Source: an uncultured Verrucomicrobiota bacterium (GTDB lineage: Bacteria > Verrucomicrobiota > Verrucomicrobiia > Limisphaerales > DTLC01). From it: a stretch of 64,000 bases of DNA. The DNA is taken from NCBI GenBank assembly GCA_964555645.1, contig CAZKTA010000001.1, positions 282,263-346,262 on the forward strand, given 5' to 3'. Both the position numbers and the translations under genes were made by a program. Within the stretch, counting starts at the first letter, position 1, and the number at the start of each line of letters is the position of its first letter. The notes under the pieces are model-generated. The model worked only from the letters and a program-made list of their open reading frames with translations. It had not been told where the DNA came from and did no database searches. Below, one piece after another: positions 38,304 to 47,937 of this stretch.

Positions 38304-39335
38304 ATGGCAAGAACATTGTTTCATCCGAGTGTCGAGGGCGCACAACATGGTGCAAAATCTCTCGAACAATTCCTTGACTTTGCTAAAAAAGCCGGTGCAA
38401 CCGGTGCACAGCCGTCGAACTACCTGCTTCAGGACGGCAAAAGGTTTAAATCTGCGCGCCAGATCAAGGATGTTTTCGAAGCCCGGGGCATGAAATTGGA
38501 CGGCATTTCCTGTCACTGTCCGTTTTGGGTACACACAACCGCCTGGACAGGCAGCCCGACAATCAGACCGTTCATACCGGCTGATGTTGCCAAAAAATCG
38601 CCAACTCAAATCGAGCAGTGGACCGAACAGTACCTGCTGAAACTAATGGACCTGGCGGCTGAGCTGGGTGTGCGTGTGCTACCAATGTTTTGGGGGGTTG
38701 CATTTGGTTGGGAACTTGCAACGGGTTATCCGTGGGGCTTTTGGAAGGGCGGAGATTATGACCTGATCGAAAAGGGCAAGGAACGATTTGTCAAAAAGAC
38801 GGCCCGGCTGCGTGAGCATGCACGGAAACTTGGGCTGTATTTGTGTCATGAGATTCACCCCGGCACCGCCGCGATGTGTGCTGATGATTTTAACCTGCTG
38901 GTCAAGATTTGTGACGGTGACAAATGCATGGCGGTTAATGCTGACCCATCGCACTGTTGGGAAGGCGAAGATTGGGAAACACGCTTCCGCAAGGTTGGCG
39001 ACCGCGTTTATGCCTGTCACGTTAAAAACCATGTTGTTCGCCCCGGTTATGCGCTTCGGTGCATGACGCCGAATTGGCCGGACCGCGCCATGCAGTTCGT
39101 TGATCTGCCGAGTGGCGACCTTAACATGACACGGTATGTTGAAATGTTGATAAACATTGGTTATCCACAACGGTACTGTCAGCTTACAGGTAGTGACACT
39201 GCACCGCTTGTGGTTGAGGCTGAAAGTGCATATCGCGACCTTGACGCCACCAGCGCGAATGGGATCGCGTACGTCCGCGATCATTTGTGTTTTCCGGTTG
39301 CAGAAGCTTCATTCGAGGAGGGCATGGGCGCATAA
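38304..39335 (+). CDS. xylose-isomerase-like TIM-barrel sugar phosphate isomerase/epimerase
   Basis: General AP-endonuclease-2/xylose-isomerase-fold pattern (GISCHCPFWVH..., LCHEIHPGT..., NADPSH). Family-level call only. Confidence 0.6.
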   Translation: MARTLFHPSVEGAQHGAKSLEQFLDFAKKAGATGAQPSNYLLQDGKRFKSARQIKDVFEARGMKLDGISCHCPFWVHTTAWTGSPTIRPFIPADVAKKSPTQIEQWTEQYLLKLMDLAAELGVRVLPMFWGVAFGWELATGYPWGFWKGGDYDLIEKGKERFVKKTARLREHARKLGLYLCHEIHPGTAAMCADDFNLLVKICDGDKCMAVNADPSHCWEGEDWETRFRKVGDRVYACHVKNHVVRPGYALRCMTPNWPDRAMQFVDLPSGDLNMTRYVEMLINIGYPQRYCQLTGSDTAPLVVEAESAYRDLDATSANGIAYVRDHLCFPVAEASFEEGMGA

Positions 39336-39575
39336 GTATATGGGCTTTATGAGTCTGCCTGCGCGGGCGGCAGCCGAGAATTTGTGGCTACAAAAGCCGT
39401 TATTTGAAAGCCGAGCTTGATTTGCGTCTGATTAATGCGCGCGTTTTTTGGCACAAAAAATTCTTGTGGAAAGTTCCGATTTGCCTGATATATTTCGGCG
39501 CTTGCAACGAGCTGGGCAGATTGAACCTGCGCAGCTCTGAGTTGTCTGGAGCAATGACAAAAACAACTTGATGCC

Positions 39576-40160
39576 GTGACGAAAAAGAAGACAACAGTAA
39601 AAAAGGACCCTGTGCAGGTCGCACCGGCCAGCAAGGCAACTGCTGCTGCGATCTTAGGTAGGCCCGTTGACCAACGCGCTGTTAAGGACGTGCCGCCAAC
39701 TATAAACCCGAAATGGGCTAAGTACTACAAACACCTGCTCGAGCTGCGCGAACAATTGCTTAAGCAGATGGACGGCTTGGCCAAAGAATCAGCTCAGGAA
39801 ATTCAAGCCTTTAGCGTTCACATGGCGGATTCGGGTACGGACAATTTCGACCGCGATTTTGCCCTTAGCTTGCTTTCGTCAGATCAAGATGCACTTTACG
39901 AGATCGAAGCTGCCCTCAGTAGGATTGAAAAAGGTACCTACGGCATATGCGAACTGACAGGTAAGCCGATCCCAAAGGCGCGCTTGGACGCCATTCCGTG
40001 GGCTCGGTACACTGTTGAAGCGCAGGCGCAGCTCGAGCGCGAAGGCGCGCTGCGTCAGCGCAGGTTTGCGCAACTAGGCGCAATCGAGGCCTCTGGTGTG
40101 GTCGAGTCAGAGGCTGAATCAGAAGAAGAAGGCGAAGAAAAACCAAAGGAAACCGAGTAA
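39576..40160 (+). CDS. DksA/TraR-family protein with degenerate zinc finger and acidic tail
   Basis: YGICELTGKPIPKARLDAIPWARYTVEAQ aligns to the CxxC-N17-CxxC finger, but only the first Cys is kept. The C-terminus is SEAESEEEGEEKPKETE. Confidence 0.7.
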   Translation: MTKKKTTVKKDPVQVAPASKATAAAILGRPVDQRAVKDVPPTINPKWAKYYKHLLELREQLLKQMDGLAKESAQEIQAFSVHMADSGTDNFDRDFALSLLSSDQDALYEIEAALSRIEKGTYGICELTGKPIPKARLDAIPWARYTVEAQAQLEREGALRQRRFAQLGAIEASGVVESEAESEEEGEEKPKETE

Positions 40161-40163
40161 CAA

Positions 40164-40331
40164 ATGCCCCGCGAAATTATCATACTCGAATGCACCGAGG
40201 CGCGGAAAGAAGGCAAACCGCCTTCACGCTACACAACCACGCGCAACAAGAAAAAAGGCTCTGAAAAGCTCGAGATCAAAAAATACAACCCGTACCTGCG
40301 TCGCCACACCGTACACCGCGAAATCAAATAA
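40164..40331 (+). CDS. rpmG: 50S ribosomal protein L33 (Cys-poor form)
   Basis: Hand-translated 55-aa ORF, below the ORF-track cutoff: [55 protein letters not shown]. Confidence 0.85.
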   Translation: MPREIIILECTEARKEGKPPSRYTTTRNKKKGSEKLEIKKYNPYLRRHTVHREIK

Positions 40332-40336
40332 GCCTT

Positions 40337-40594
40337 ATGCCACGTAAGACACATCTAGAAAGACCCAGCGCACCCATCCGCACCGGGCGTGTCGAAATGC
40401 GTCCGCAGCGGCCTAAACCAAAAATTGATTTTACAGTCGAGGCGCTCGATTTCAAAAATGTGAATCTGCTGCGGCAGTTTGTGACCGAACAAGGCCGGAT
40501 TTTACCCAGGAAATACACGGGACTGCCGGCGCATTATCAGCGCAAACTAGCGCGGGCAATAAAGCGTGCTCGCCAGATGTTGCTGATGAGATAA
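40337..40594 (+). CDS. rpsR: 30S ribosomal protein S18
   Basis: [48 protein letters not shown]. Confidence 0.9.
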   Translation: MPRKTHLERPSAPIRTGRVEMRPQRPKPKIDFTVEALDFKNVNLLRQFVTEQGRILPRKYTGLPAHYQRKLARAIKRARQMLLMR

Positions 40595-40709
40595 TACGTT
40601 GGCCCACATTTTTAGGTCTGGCTCACAACCGGCGGTCAAGCTGGTTGTGGTTGAGGCAGGTTTTCCGAGCAATGATGTCTTAAAGCGTTATGACGTGTTT
40701 TATCTGATT

Positions 40710-40785
40710 TGGTGGAGCCGAGGGGATTCGAACCCCTGACCCCCACAATGCCATTGTGGTGCTCTACCAACTGAGCTACGACCCC
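40710..40785 (-). tRNA. tRNA-Ala (anticodon GGC), CCA encoded
   Basis: The reverse complement is GGGGTCGTAGCTCAGTTGGTAGAGCACCACAATGGCATTGTGGGGGTCAGGGGTTCGAATCCCCTCGGCTCCACCA. It folds as a cloverleaf with a G3:U70 pair, anticodon loop AUGGCAU, and T-loop GGTTCGAATCC. Confidence 0.95.
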
Positions 40786-41365
40786 AACCGAACCGAATCG
40801 AATCTAATGTGCCCGCTCAAAAAGTCAATCTACACTTTCAGTCGGCCGGGTGGTCTTTCAGGCAGTGAACTTTTCACCACTACAACCAGCGCCACGTTGC
40901 GGGCGAGTTGTGTTTCAATTCCACTTTGAGATCGTACCAAGGCACCTTGTCCTGCTCCTATGGGATTGCTGGCTAGTGAACGGGCCGACCCGCACCGCTA
41001 CACAACGGCACAATTGCATGCGTAAATTTAAATTACGATGAGCTGTAATGACAATTTCCGGGTAACAAAGCCTCGCTAAACAGGTTGTTGAGAATGCCTG
41101 TTTTTAAAAGTTGACCACCGAAAAATCTCCGTTTTCCGCGAATTTTGTCGCTCGGGAATATTATTCAACTGCTTGCTGCCAGGTCTCATACGAAACTTGG
41201 AAACTGGCTGAAACACTTGTCGTTTCAGTCTGGCTTTGCCTTTAATTTAAGGCCGCAGCGCGGGTGTTGTGCGAAAGAGAGCTTGTAGAAGCATGCTCGA
41301 GGTCTATCCGTTTAAGATGCTGAATTGCGGGTACATGGATTGACATTGAAAAGACTGCCGAAGGT

Positions 41366-42050
41366 TTGCGCGGACGCTTTCGCATGAGCAAGATCGCCGG
41401 GCCGATAAAGCACGGCAGTTGTACCCTACGGCTGGGCGGGTTGGTGGAAAACACCTATACGGGCCTGACTCGCGTCAATGCCGGGCTGGTGGAGTTGGCC
41501 AAGAGCGGCCTGATTCTAGCCCGAGCCATTCCCGGCCAGCTTATCGTCGAACCCGGAGCTACCGTCCGGCTCCATGGACCTGAACGGTTATAGCGATGCT
41601 GTGAAAGGGTTACTCTGTACGCTGGCTGGGTCGAGACCCAGGACGGCGTCTTGTTCTTGGGCGGCGATCTGCGCGGCGACAGCACGGTTACCAACATCGC
41701 CATCATCGAAGGGCGGGTGAATCTTGGCATCGAGTTAACCTGCGATCTCGAATGGCCATGGCTGCGCCTTATCGAAGTGGCCGGCAGTAATTCCGTGTTG
41801 CGTCTGGGCGCCGACCTTGTAGGTGGGTGCGGCGGGTTACGCAAGACCGGCTCGGGCGAGCTGAGCTTGTCCGGGAGAAACCGTTACCTTGGACTCACGC
41901 TCATTAGCGAAGGGGTGCTGAGCATCACCCATGGGCAGGCTCTGGGCGACCCGTGGCAAGGCACGGTCGTGGAGCCGGGGGCCAGTCTGACCCTGGCCGG
42001 GGTTGGGGTTACGGTAACCAACGAAGCGTTGGCACTTTTTGGGGAACAGA
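41366..42050 (+). pseudogene. remnant of an autotransporter-associated beta-strand-repeat (PATR) protein
   Basis: GSCTLRLGGLVENTYTGLTRVNAGLVEL and GSGELSLSGRNRYLGLTLISEGVLSITHGQALG repeats. There is an in-frame TAG at 41591-41593. The typical ...DLNGYSDAVKG... segment reads in another frame around 41577-41615. No signal peptide or C-terminal domain is present. Confidence 0.65.
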
Positions 42051-42390
42051 ACCGGCTCTTTCAAGCTCGGATAGCACGAGTGGCAGGTGTCCAAGCGCGC
42101 ACGCTAAATAGGCCCAGGTTAAGTAAACCCTTGGACGCCTTAGTACACCCCCCAACAGCCCACCGAAGGTTTGTGAACGTGGCGCTGTGGTTATCCGGTC
42201 AGTTGTTTGTGGCAGCGCGGACAGAGCAGAACTGGAAAAAGTTTCAGCGGGTCGCCGAAACGCTCGCATGCGCTGTGCCGGTGGTGTGTGCCGCGGCGCA
42301 GTTGTGAAACAGTCGGGTTAGGGTGCAGAGCAGACACGGAAAAAAATTCTTGGCAACGGGCGCGATTACTGGCATGAGTAAACCGCAAAA

Positions 42391-44880
42391 ATGCGTATGC
42401 AAACAAAAAGAGTTGTTTTTTTGGTGCTGTTGGTATTTGCGCTCATATCGGGCGCAGCAACCGGTTACGGTAGCGAAGCTGATATTGTAATACCGGACCT
42501 GAAAGCCGCCAGGTTCGGCAACGTAAGCGGTCTGACGCTGCTGTACATAGGGCTTGGTGTGTGTGCCTTGGGCGCGGTTTTTGGCTTGGTGCAGTATGCA
42601 CAAACCAAAGGCCTGCCTGTACACCAGCGCATGCGCGAAGTGTCGCAGACGATCTGGGAAACATGCAAAACGTACCTGCAACAACAGGGTAAATTCCTCG
42701 CGATCTTATGGACGTTGGTTGCAATCTGCATGATTTACTACTTTTTGGTGCTGCAGCATGAGACCGTTCCAAGAATGTTGCTGATCTTGGTGTGCTCGAT
42801 CCTTGGCATTCTTGGCTCATACGGTGTTGCCTGGTTCGGCATCCGGATAAACACAGTTGCAAACTCGCGTGGTGCATTTTCGTCGTTGCGCGGCAGATTG
42901 CTCGACACGCTTATTATTTCGCTTCGGTCAGGCATGAGCGTCGGGTTGTTGTTGGTGAGCGTTGAGCTGTTCTTCATGATATGCATATTGGCATTTTTCA
43001 AGGACCTGGCCGGGCCGTGCTTTATTGGGTTTGCAATTGGTGAATCACTTGGCGCAAGCGCGCTGCGTGTTGCAGGCGGTATTTTCACCAAGATAGCCGA
43101 TATCGGGTCTGACTTGATGAAGATCATTTTCAAGTTGCCTGAGGACGACCCGAAAAATCCAGGTGTGATTGCCGATTGCACCGGTGACAACGCCGGCGAC
43201 TCGGTCGGGCCGACTGCAGACGGCTTCGAGACATACGGTGTAACAGGCGTTGCACTGATTGCATTTCTTGCGCTAGCACTGACTGCACCGGAGCTGCAAA
43301 CCGCATGCGCACAACTATTGGTTTGGTTATTTGTGATGCGTATTTTGATGATTCTGACCTCGCTGGTATCGTACTTTGCTAACCAGAAGCTTAGTGATGC
43401 GCTATACGGCAAAAGAAAGGATTTCAATCCTGAGGCGCCGCTGACAAACCTGGTGTGGATCACCTCGGGTATCTCGATAATAGTGACCTTTGTGGCGAGT
43501 TACCTGATGCTGGGCGGCATGAGTGATTATCCGGGGTTGTGGTGGGCGCTGGCGGCCATCATCAGTTGCGGCACGATTGCAGGTGCGCTCATACCCGAGT
43601 TTACCAAAATCTTCACCAGCACGCACTCTAAGCACGTGCAGGAGATCACAAACTGCTCACGCCACGGGGGTGCATCGTTGAACATTTTGTCCGGGTTTGT
43701 TGCCGGCAATTTCTCCGGGTTCTGGAAAGGGATGGTGATCTTGCTGCTGATGTTCATCAGCTACAAAGTGGCGACGTTCGATGGCTCGCCAGTGACAAAG
43801 TTGCTTGGGATATACGATTTTGCGCCGCCGATTTTTGCGTTTGGGTTGGTTGCATTTGGTTTTCTTAGCATGGGGCCGGTTACAATTGCGGTGGACAGCT
43901 TCGGTCCAGTCAGCGATAACGCGCAGTCAATCTATGAGCTAAGCCAGATCGAACAGCAAAAAGACCTCAAGCAAGACATACAGCAAAACTTCGGGTTTGA
44001 GCCTGACCTTGAAAATGCAAAGTTGTTGCTCGAAAAAGCTGACGGGGCGGGTAACACCTTCAAAGCGACGGCCAAGCCGGTGCTCATAGGCACTGCAGTA
44101 GTGGGCGCAACCACGATGGTTTTCAGCATCATCATGTTGCTTGAGGGTAAGTTCGGCAAAGCGGTTGAGCACCTGAGCCTTGTGCAGCCGGAGGTGATCA
44201 TGGGCCTTTTGATCGGTGGTGCTGTTATTTATTGGTTTACAGGTGCGTCAACCCAGGCCGTTGTAACAGGCGCATACCGTGCTGTGGTTTACATCAAGAA
44301 CCATATCAAGCTCGACGCTGCGCGCGCGTCGGTTAAAGACAGCAAAGAAGTAGTGCGGATCTGCACCATCTACGCGCAACGCGGCATGATCAACATTTTC
44401 TTTGTCGTATTCAGCATGGCATTGGCACTTGCGTTCTTTGACCCGTATTTCTTTGTGGGGTACCTGATTGGCATAGCGTTCTTCGGCCTATTCCAAGCAG
44501 TGTTTATGGCCAATGCAGGTGGCGCGTGGGACAATGCAAAAAAGATTGTTGAAGTTGACATGCGCGAAAAAGGCACTGCACTGCACGCGGCAACTGTTGT
44601 TGGGGACACGGTGGGCGATCCGTTCAAAGACACGTCTTCGGTTTCAATGAACCCAATCATCAAGTTCACCACGTTGTTTGGCCTGCTTGCAGTAGAGATT
44701 GCGGTCAAGATGATCGAAAACGAACGCGCTGGCATCAGTAGTCCGCTGATGCGAGTCATAATTGGTGCTGTGCTGTTTGTGGTAGCGCTTGTGTTTGTAT
44801 GGCGGTCGTTCTACGCAATGCGGATACCTGAAGAGTCTGCTGAAGCGTCGGAGGCTGCTGAGCAAACGTCAAAAGCGTAA
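42391..44880 (+). CDS. hppA: membrane-integral proton-pumping pyrophosphatase
   Basis: IADCTGDNAGDSVGPTADGFETYG, GGAWDNAKK and GDTVGDPFKDTSSVSMNPIIK motifs; 829 aa. Confidence 0.95.
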   Translation: MRMQTKRVVFLVLLVFALISGAATGYGSEADIVIPDLKAARFGNVSGLTLLYIGLGVCALGAVFGLVQYAQTKGLPVHQRMREVSQTIWETCKTYLQQQGKFLAILWTLVAICMIYYFLVLQHETVPRMLLILVCSILGILGSYGVAWFGIRINTVANSRGAFSSLRGRLLDTLIISLRSGMSVGLLLVSVELFFMICILAFFKDLAGPCFIGFAIGESLGASALRVAGGIFTKIADIGSDLMKIIFKLPEDDPKNPGVIADCTGDNAGDSVGPTADGFETYGVTGVALIAFLALALTAPELQTACAQLLVWLFVMRILMILTSLVSYFANQKLSDALYGKRKDFNPEAPLTNLVWITSGISIIVTFVASYLMLGGMSDYPGLWWALAAIISCGTIAGALIPEFTKIFTSTHSKHVQEITNCSRHGGASLNILSGFVAGNFSGFWKGMVILLLMFISYKVATFDGSPVTKLLGIYDFAPPIFAFGLVAFGFLSMGPVTIAVDSFGPVSDNAQSIYELSQIEQQKDLKQDIQQNFGFEPDLENAKLLLEKADGAGNTFKATAKPVLIGTAVVGATTMVFSIIMLLEGKFGKAVEHLSLVQPEVIMGLLIGGAVIYWFTGASTQAVVTGAYRAVVYIKNHIKLDAARASVKDSKEVVRICTIYAQRGMINIFFVVFSMALALAFFDPYFFVGYLIGIAFFGLFQAVFMANAGGAWDNAKKIVEVDMREKGTALHAATVVGDTVGDPFKDTSSVSMNPIIKFTTLFGLLAVEIAVKMIENERAGISSPLMRVIIGAVLFVVALVFVWRSFYAMRIPEESAEASEAAEQTSKA

Positions 44881-44899
44881 TTGTTTGGTTGATTTGGAG

Positions 44900-44946
44900 C
44901 CGGGCGGTCAGCCAACCGATGCTTGCCCGCCCGGTTTATTTTTCTT
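44900..44946 (+). terminator. Rho-independent terminator after hppA
   Basis: CCGGGCGG (44900-44907) pairs with CCGCCCGG (44927-44934), followed directly by TTTATTTTTCTT. Confidence 0.55.
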
Positions 44947-45045
44947 CCCTGCCCACAAAAGGCATCGTGCCGAGCTGACGCGACTGCAGATAATCTGCAA
45001 ACAAAAAAGTCTCTAGTTCGCAGTTTGTGTTGTCACCAGCCGGGT

Positions 45046-46338
45046 TTACGTTCGGCTTGCCAGAAACTCCATAATGCGCGCGGGAGCCTGATTGGTTTCG
45101 AGCAACCACGCCATTGTTTGCATGTAAGGCGCAACATGCCTGAAAAATTTCTTGTACCCGGTACAGAGGTAGCTAAGTGCGTACTCACCGTTGGGCGCTG
45201 GCAAAAATCGGTGTTTGGGACATCCACCGTTACACAGAAAAAGCACGCTGCAGCTACGACAAACTGTGGCCAGGGTGTCGAACTTGTCATTGCCAAATTT
45301 AACCTGTGGTGCTGACACCGCCAGTGCAGCCAGCTCGTCGTGCATTATATTGCCAAGTTTCCAGGGCGGATAAACGTAATGGTCGCAACTGTACACGTCG
45401 CCGTTGTGTTCGAGCACAAGCGCGCGACCGCAACGCTCGGCAAATGCGCACAGCCCCGAGCCGAGTCCTAGCCAGTTTGACAGGGTCACATCAAACAACT
45501 GCACAAAAACCTTGCCAACGTCGTGTCGAACCCACTCGTCAAAGACCGTACACAAAAAAGTGCCGTATTGCTCTGGGGCGACGCTCCAATGCATGAGGTC
45601 CGGTGGGTTGCGATTTGCATTCTGCGATGGCATGGTTGGCTCCGAAAAAATGTACCCCTCGGCATGCAAATGCGCCGGAGCCGCGCGCTCAACCAGCGGG
45701 ATAAATTGAATAAACCTGCTGCCGATATTTTTCAGGAACCGGTACACTTCAAGCGGTTGCTCGGCGTTAAGCCGGTGCACGACAGTTAGCGTGTTGAATT
45801 CGACTTTATATTTCTTGAGCAGGTCGAGCCCGCGCATGACGCGCTCGAATGTTGGCCGGTGCAGTTTGTCGTGCCTGTAAGCATTGTGCAGTTCGGCTGG
45901 GCCGTCTATCGAGATGCCAACCAGAAAGTTGTTTGCTGCAAAGAATTCGCACCATTCAGTGTCAAGCAACGTGCCATTTGTTTGTATGCTATTGAACACG
46001 GTTTTGGTGCCTGCGTACCTGGCCTGAAGCGCAACTGCTTTCCTATAAAAGTCCACCCCTAACAGTGTTGGTTCGCCGCCCTGCCATGCAAAATGAACCT
46101 CCGACACGGGTTGACTTGAGATGTACTGGCGCACATACGCTTCAAGCACAGCTTCTGACATGCGCCATTTTGTTTGGGTTCTGCAATACCGCTGTTTTTC
46201 AAGGTAAAAACAGTATTGGCACGCCAGATTGCAGACGGGCCCGACCGGTTTTGCCATCAAATGGAATGGCTCCGGCGCTGCACTGGTCTGTGATTGGCTC
46301 ACGTGCACGAGCATAGGTGCAGGAGTCGGTTTGGGCAA
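45046..46338 (-). CDS. anaerobic sulfatase-maturating enzyme (radical SAM/SPASM)
   Basis: CNLACQYCFY radical-SAM cluster motif and a C-terminal Cys cluster (CRSCSVLFLCNGGCPKHR). It is divergent from the sulfatase gene. Confidence 0.9.
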   Translation of the reverse strand: MPKPTPAPMLVHVSQSQTSAAPEPFHLMAKPVGPVCNLACQYCFYLEKQRYCRTQTKWRMSEAVLEAYVRQYISSQPVSEVHFAWQGGEPTLLGVDFYRKAVALQARYAGTKTVFNSIQTNGTLLDTEWCEFFAANNFLVGISIDGPAELHNAYRHDKLHRPTFERVMRGLDLLKKYKVEFNTLTVVHRLNAEQPLEVYRFLKNIGSRFIQFIPLVERAAPAHLHAEGYIFSEPTMPSQNANRNPPDLMHWSVAPEQYGTFLCTVFDEWVRHDVGKVFVQLFDVTLSNWLGLGSGLCAFAERCGRALVLEHNGDVYSCDHYVYPPWKLGNIMHDELAALAVSAPQVKFGNDKFDTLATVCRSCSVLFLCNGGCPKHRFLPAPNGEYALSYLCTGYKKFFRHVAPYMQTMAWLLETNQAPARIMEFLASRT

Positions 46339-46416
46339 TTCTCGCCGCTGCGAAAGGATTAACGCACGAATCGCAGGTTTGCCTTTTTTGCAATTTAAAC
46401 CTTATGATGTGCGGCG

Positions 46417-47937
46417 ATGAAATTGCCCGCTCGAACTGGCTGTTCACGGCGCAAATTTATTAAGACCGTGGCTGCAGCTTCAGTGGCAGCGTCGCTACCG
46501 GCTTTTTTGCCGGGGGTGAACGCTGGAGCTAAACGCAGGCTGAACGTGCTGTTAATCATGTCGGACGATTTACGTGTTGAGCTGGGCTGTTACAGCAGCA
46601 TGTTCGGCGCACAGACGCCTAATCTGGATGCACTTGCGCGTGTCGGGGTACGGTTTGACCGTGCGTACTGCCAATTCCCGCTTTGCAATCCCTCGCGTGT
46701 TTCAATGTTGACAGGCCGTACACCAGCCGCAACAGGTGTGCTTGATAACAGGACAGATTTTCGTGCGTTGCATCCTGACTGGGTCACATTACCGCAACTG
46801 TTTAAACAGCACGGTTACACTTGCGTGAGCGCAGGCAAAATTTTCCATGGCGGCATTGACGACCCAAAATCTTGGAGTACACAGGCCGATTCAGACGAAC
46901 GCACTGGCACAGATGGTAATCGAGGAGCGCCCCTACCGAACGCACCCGCACGCCAACACGCCCAGGCGACATCTGCAGAAGGCAGTCAAACGCCGCAAAC
47001 GGCGGCCAGCCGGGCGGCTTACTCGGACAGGATTGTTGTTCTTGATGGCGACGGCGAAGGGCACGGCGATTACCGCACAGCCGAGCGCACAATTGCAAAT
47101 CTGCGCAGGCTAAAAGATCAGCCTTTCTTCGTCGGGTGCGGATTCGTCAAGCCGCACAGCCCACCCACTGCGCCTAAACGGTTCTTCGACCTTTACGATC
47201 CGGACAAGATCAAACTGCCGCCAGATTTTGCGCCGGAACCGACTGTGCCCATGGGTTTTCCTGCCGCTGCGATCCGGAAGCGCAATGCAGACTTGTTTAT
47301 CGGCCGGCCAGCGTCCGAGGCTGAAGCAAAACAGCTCATCCGTGCGTATCTGGCGTCGGTGTCGTGGATGGACTGGAACGTCGGACGTGTACTTGCTGAA
47401 CTGGATCGCCTTGGCCTGAGAGAGAACACAATTGTAGTTTTTGTCAGCGACAACGGTTATCAACTCGGCGAGAAAGGTAAATGGTCAAAGGCAGGTTCAC
47501 TGTTCGAGATGGGCACGCGTGTGCCGTTGATCATAGCTGCGCCTGGGGTCAGTGCTAATGCACGTGTTTGCAGGCGGATTGTCGAGCTAGTTGACATTTA
47601 TCCTGCACTGGTTGAGTTGTGTGGGTTGTCGAAGCCTGATGTGCTCGACGGCGCAAGCTTGGTGCCATTGTTAAATGATCCGTCACGTCGGTGGCACAAA
47701 CCGGCGTTCAGTGTCTGGAGTGAGGATGGCAAAACCTTTCACGGTGTAGCTGTGCGAACCGAGCGATGGCGTTATGCTGAGTTCGGTCCCGAAGGTGTCA
47801 ACGGCGCGATGTTGTTTGAGCCTGAAAAAGACCCGTTCGAGCTGCGCAATCTTGCCTCTGACCCGAAATACAAATCTGTTTGCACAGAACTGTCTGTGCT
47901 GGTCCGCAAGTACGCCGCAAGGTTGGGCAAGGCATAA
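46417..47937 (+). CDS. Cys-type sulfatase with twin-arginine signal
   Basis: SRRKFIKTVAAASVAASLPAF Tat-like signal, LLIMSDDLR, and the active-site motif LCNPSRVSMLTGR. Confidence 0.9.
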   Translation: MKLPARTGCSRRKFIKTVAAASVAASLPAFLPGVNAGAKRRLNVLLIMSDDLRVELGCYSSMFGAQTPNLDALARVGVRFDRAYCQFPLCNPSRVSMLTGRTPAATGVLDNRTDFRALHPDWVTLPQLFKQHGYTCVSAGKIFHGGIDDPKSWSTQADSDERTGTDGNRGAPLPNAPARQHAQATSAEGSQTPQTAASRAAYSDRIVVLDGDGEGHGDYRTAERTIANLRRLKDQPFFVGCGFVKPHSPPTAPKRFFDLYDPDKIKLPPDFAPEPTVPMGFPAAAIRKRNADLFIGRPASEAEAKQLIRAYLASVSWMDWNVGRVLAELDRLGLRENTIVVFVSDNGYQLGEKGKWSKAGSLFEMGTRVPLIIAAPGVSANARVCRRIVELVDIYPALVELCGLSKPDVLDGASLVPLLNDPSRRWHKPAFSVWSEDGKTFHGVAVRTERWRYAEFGPEGVNGAMLFEPEKDPFELRNLASDPKYKSVCTELSVLVRKYAARLGKA

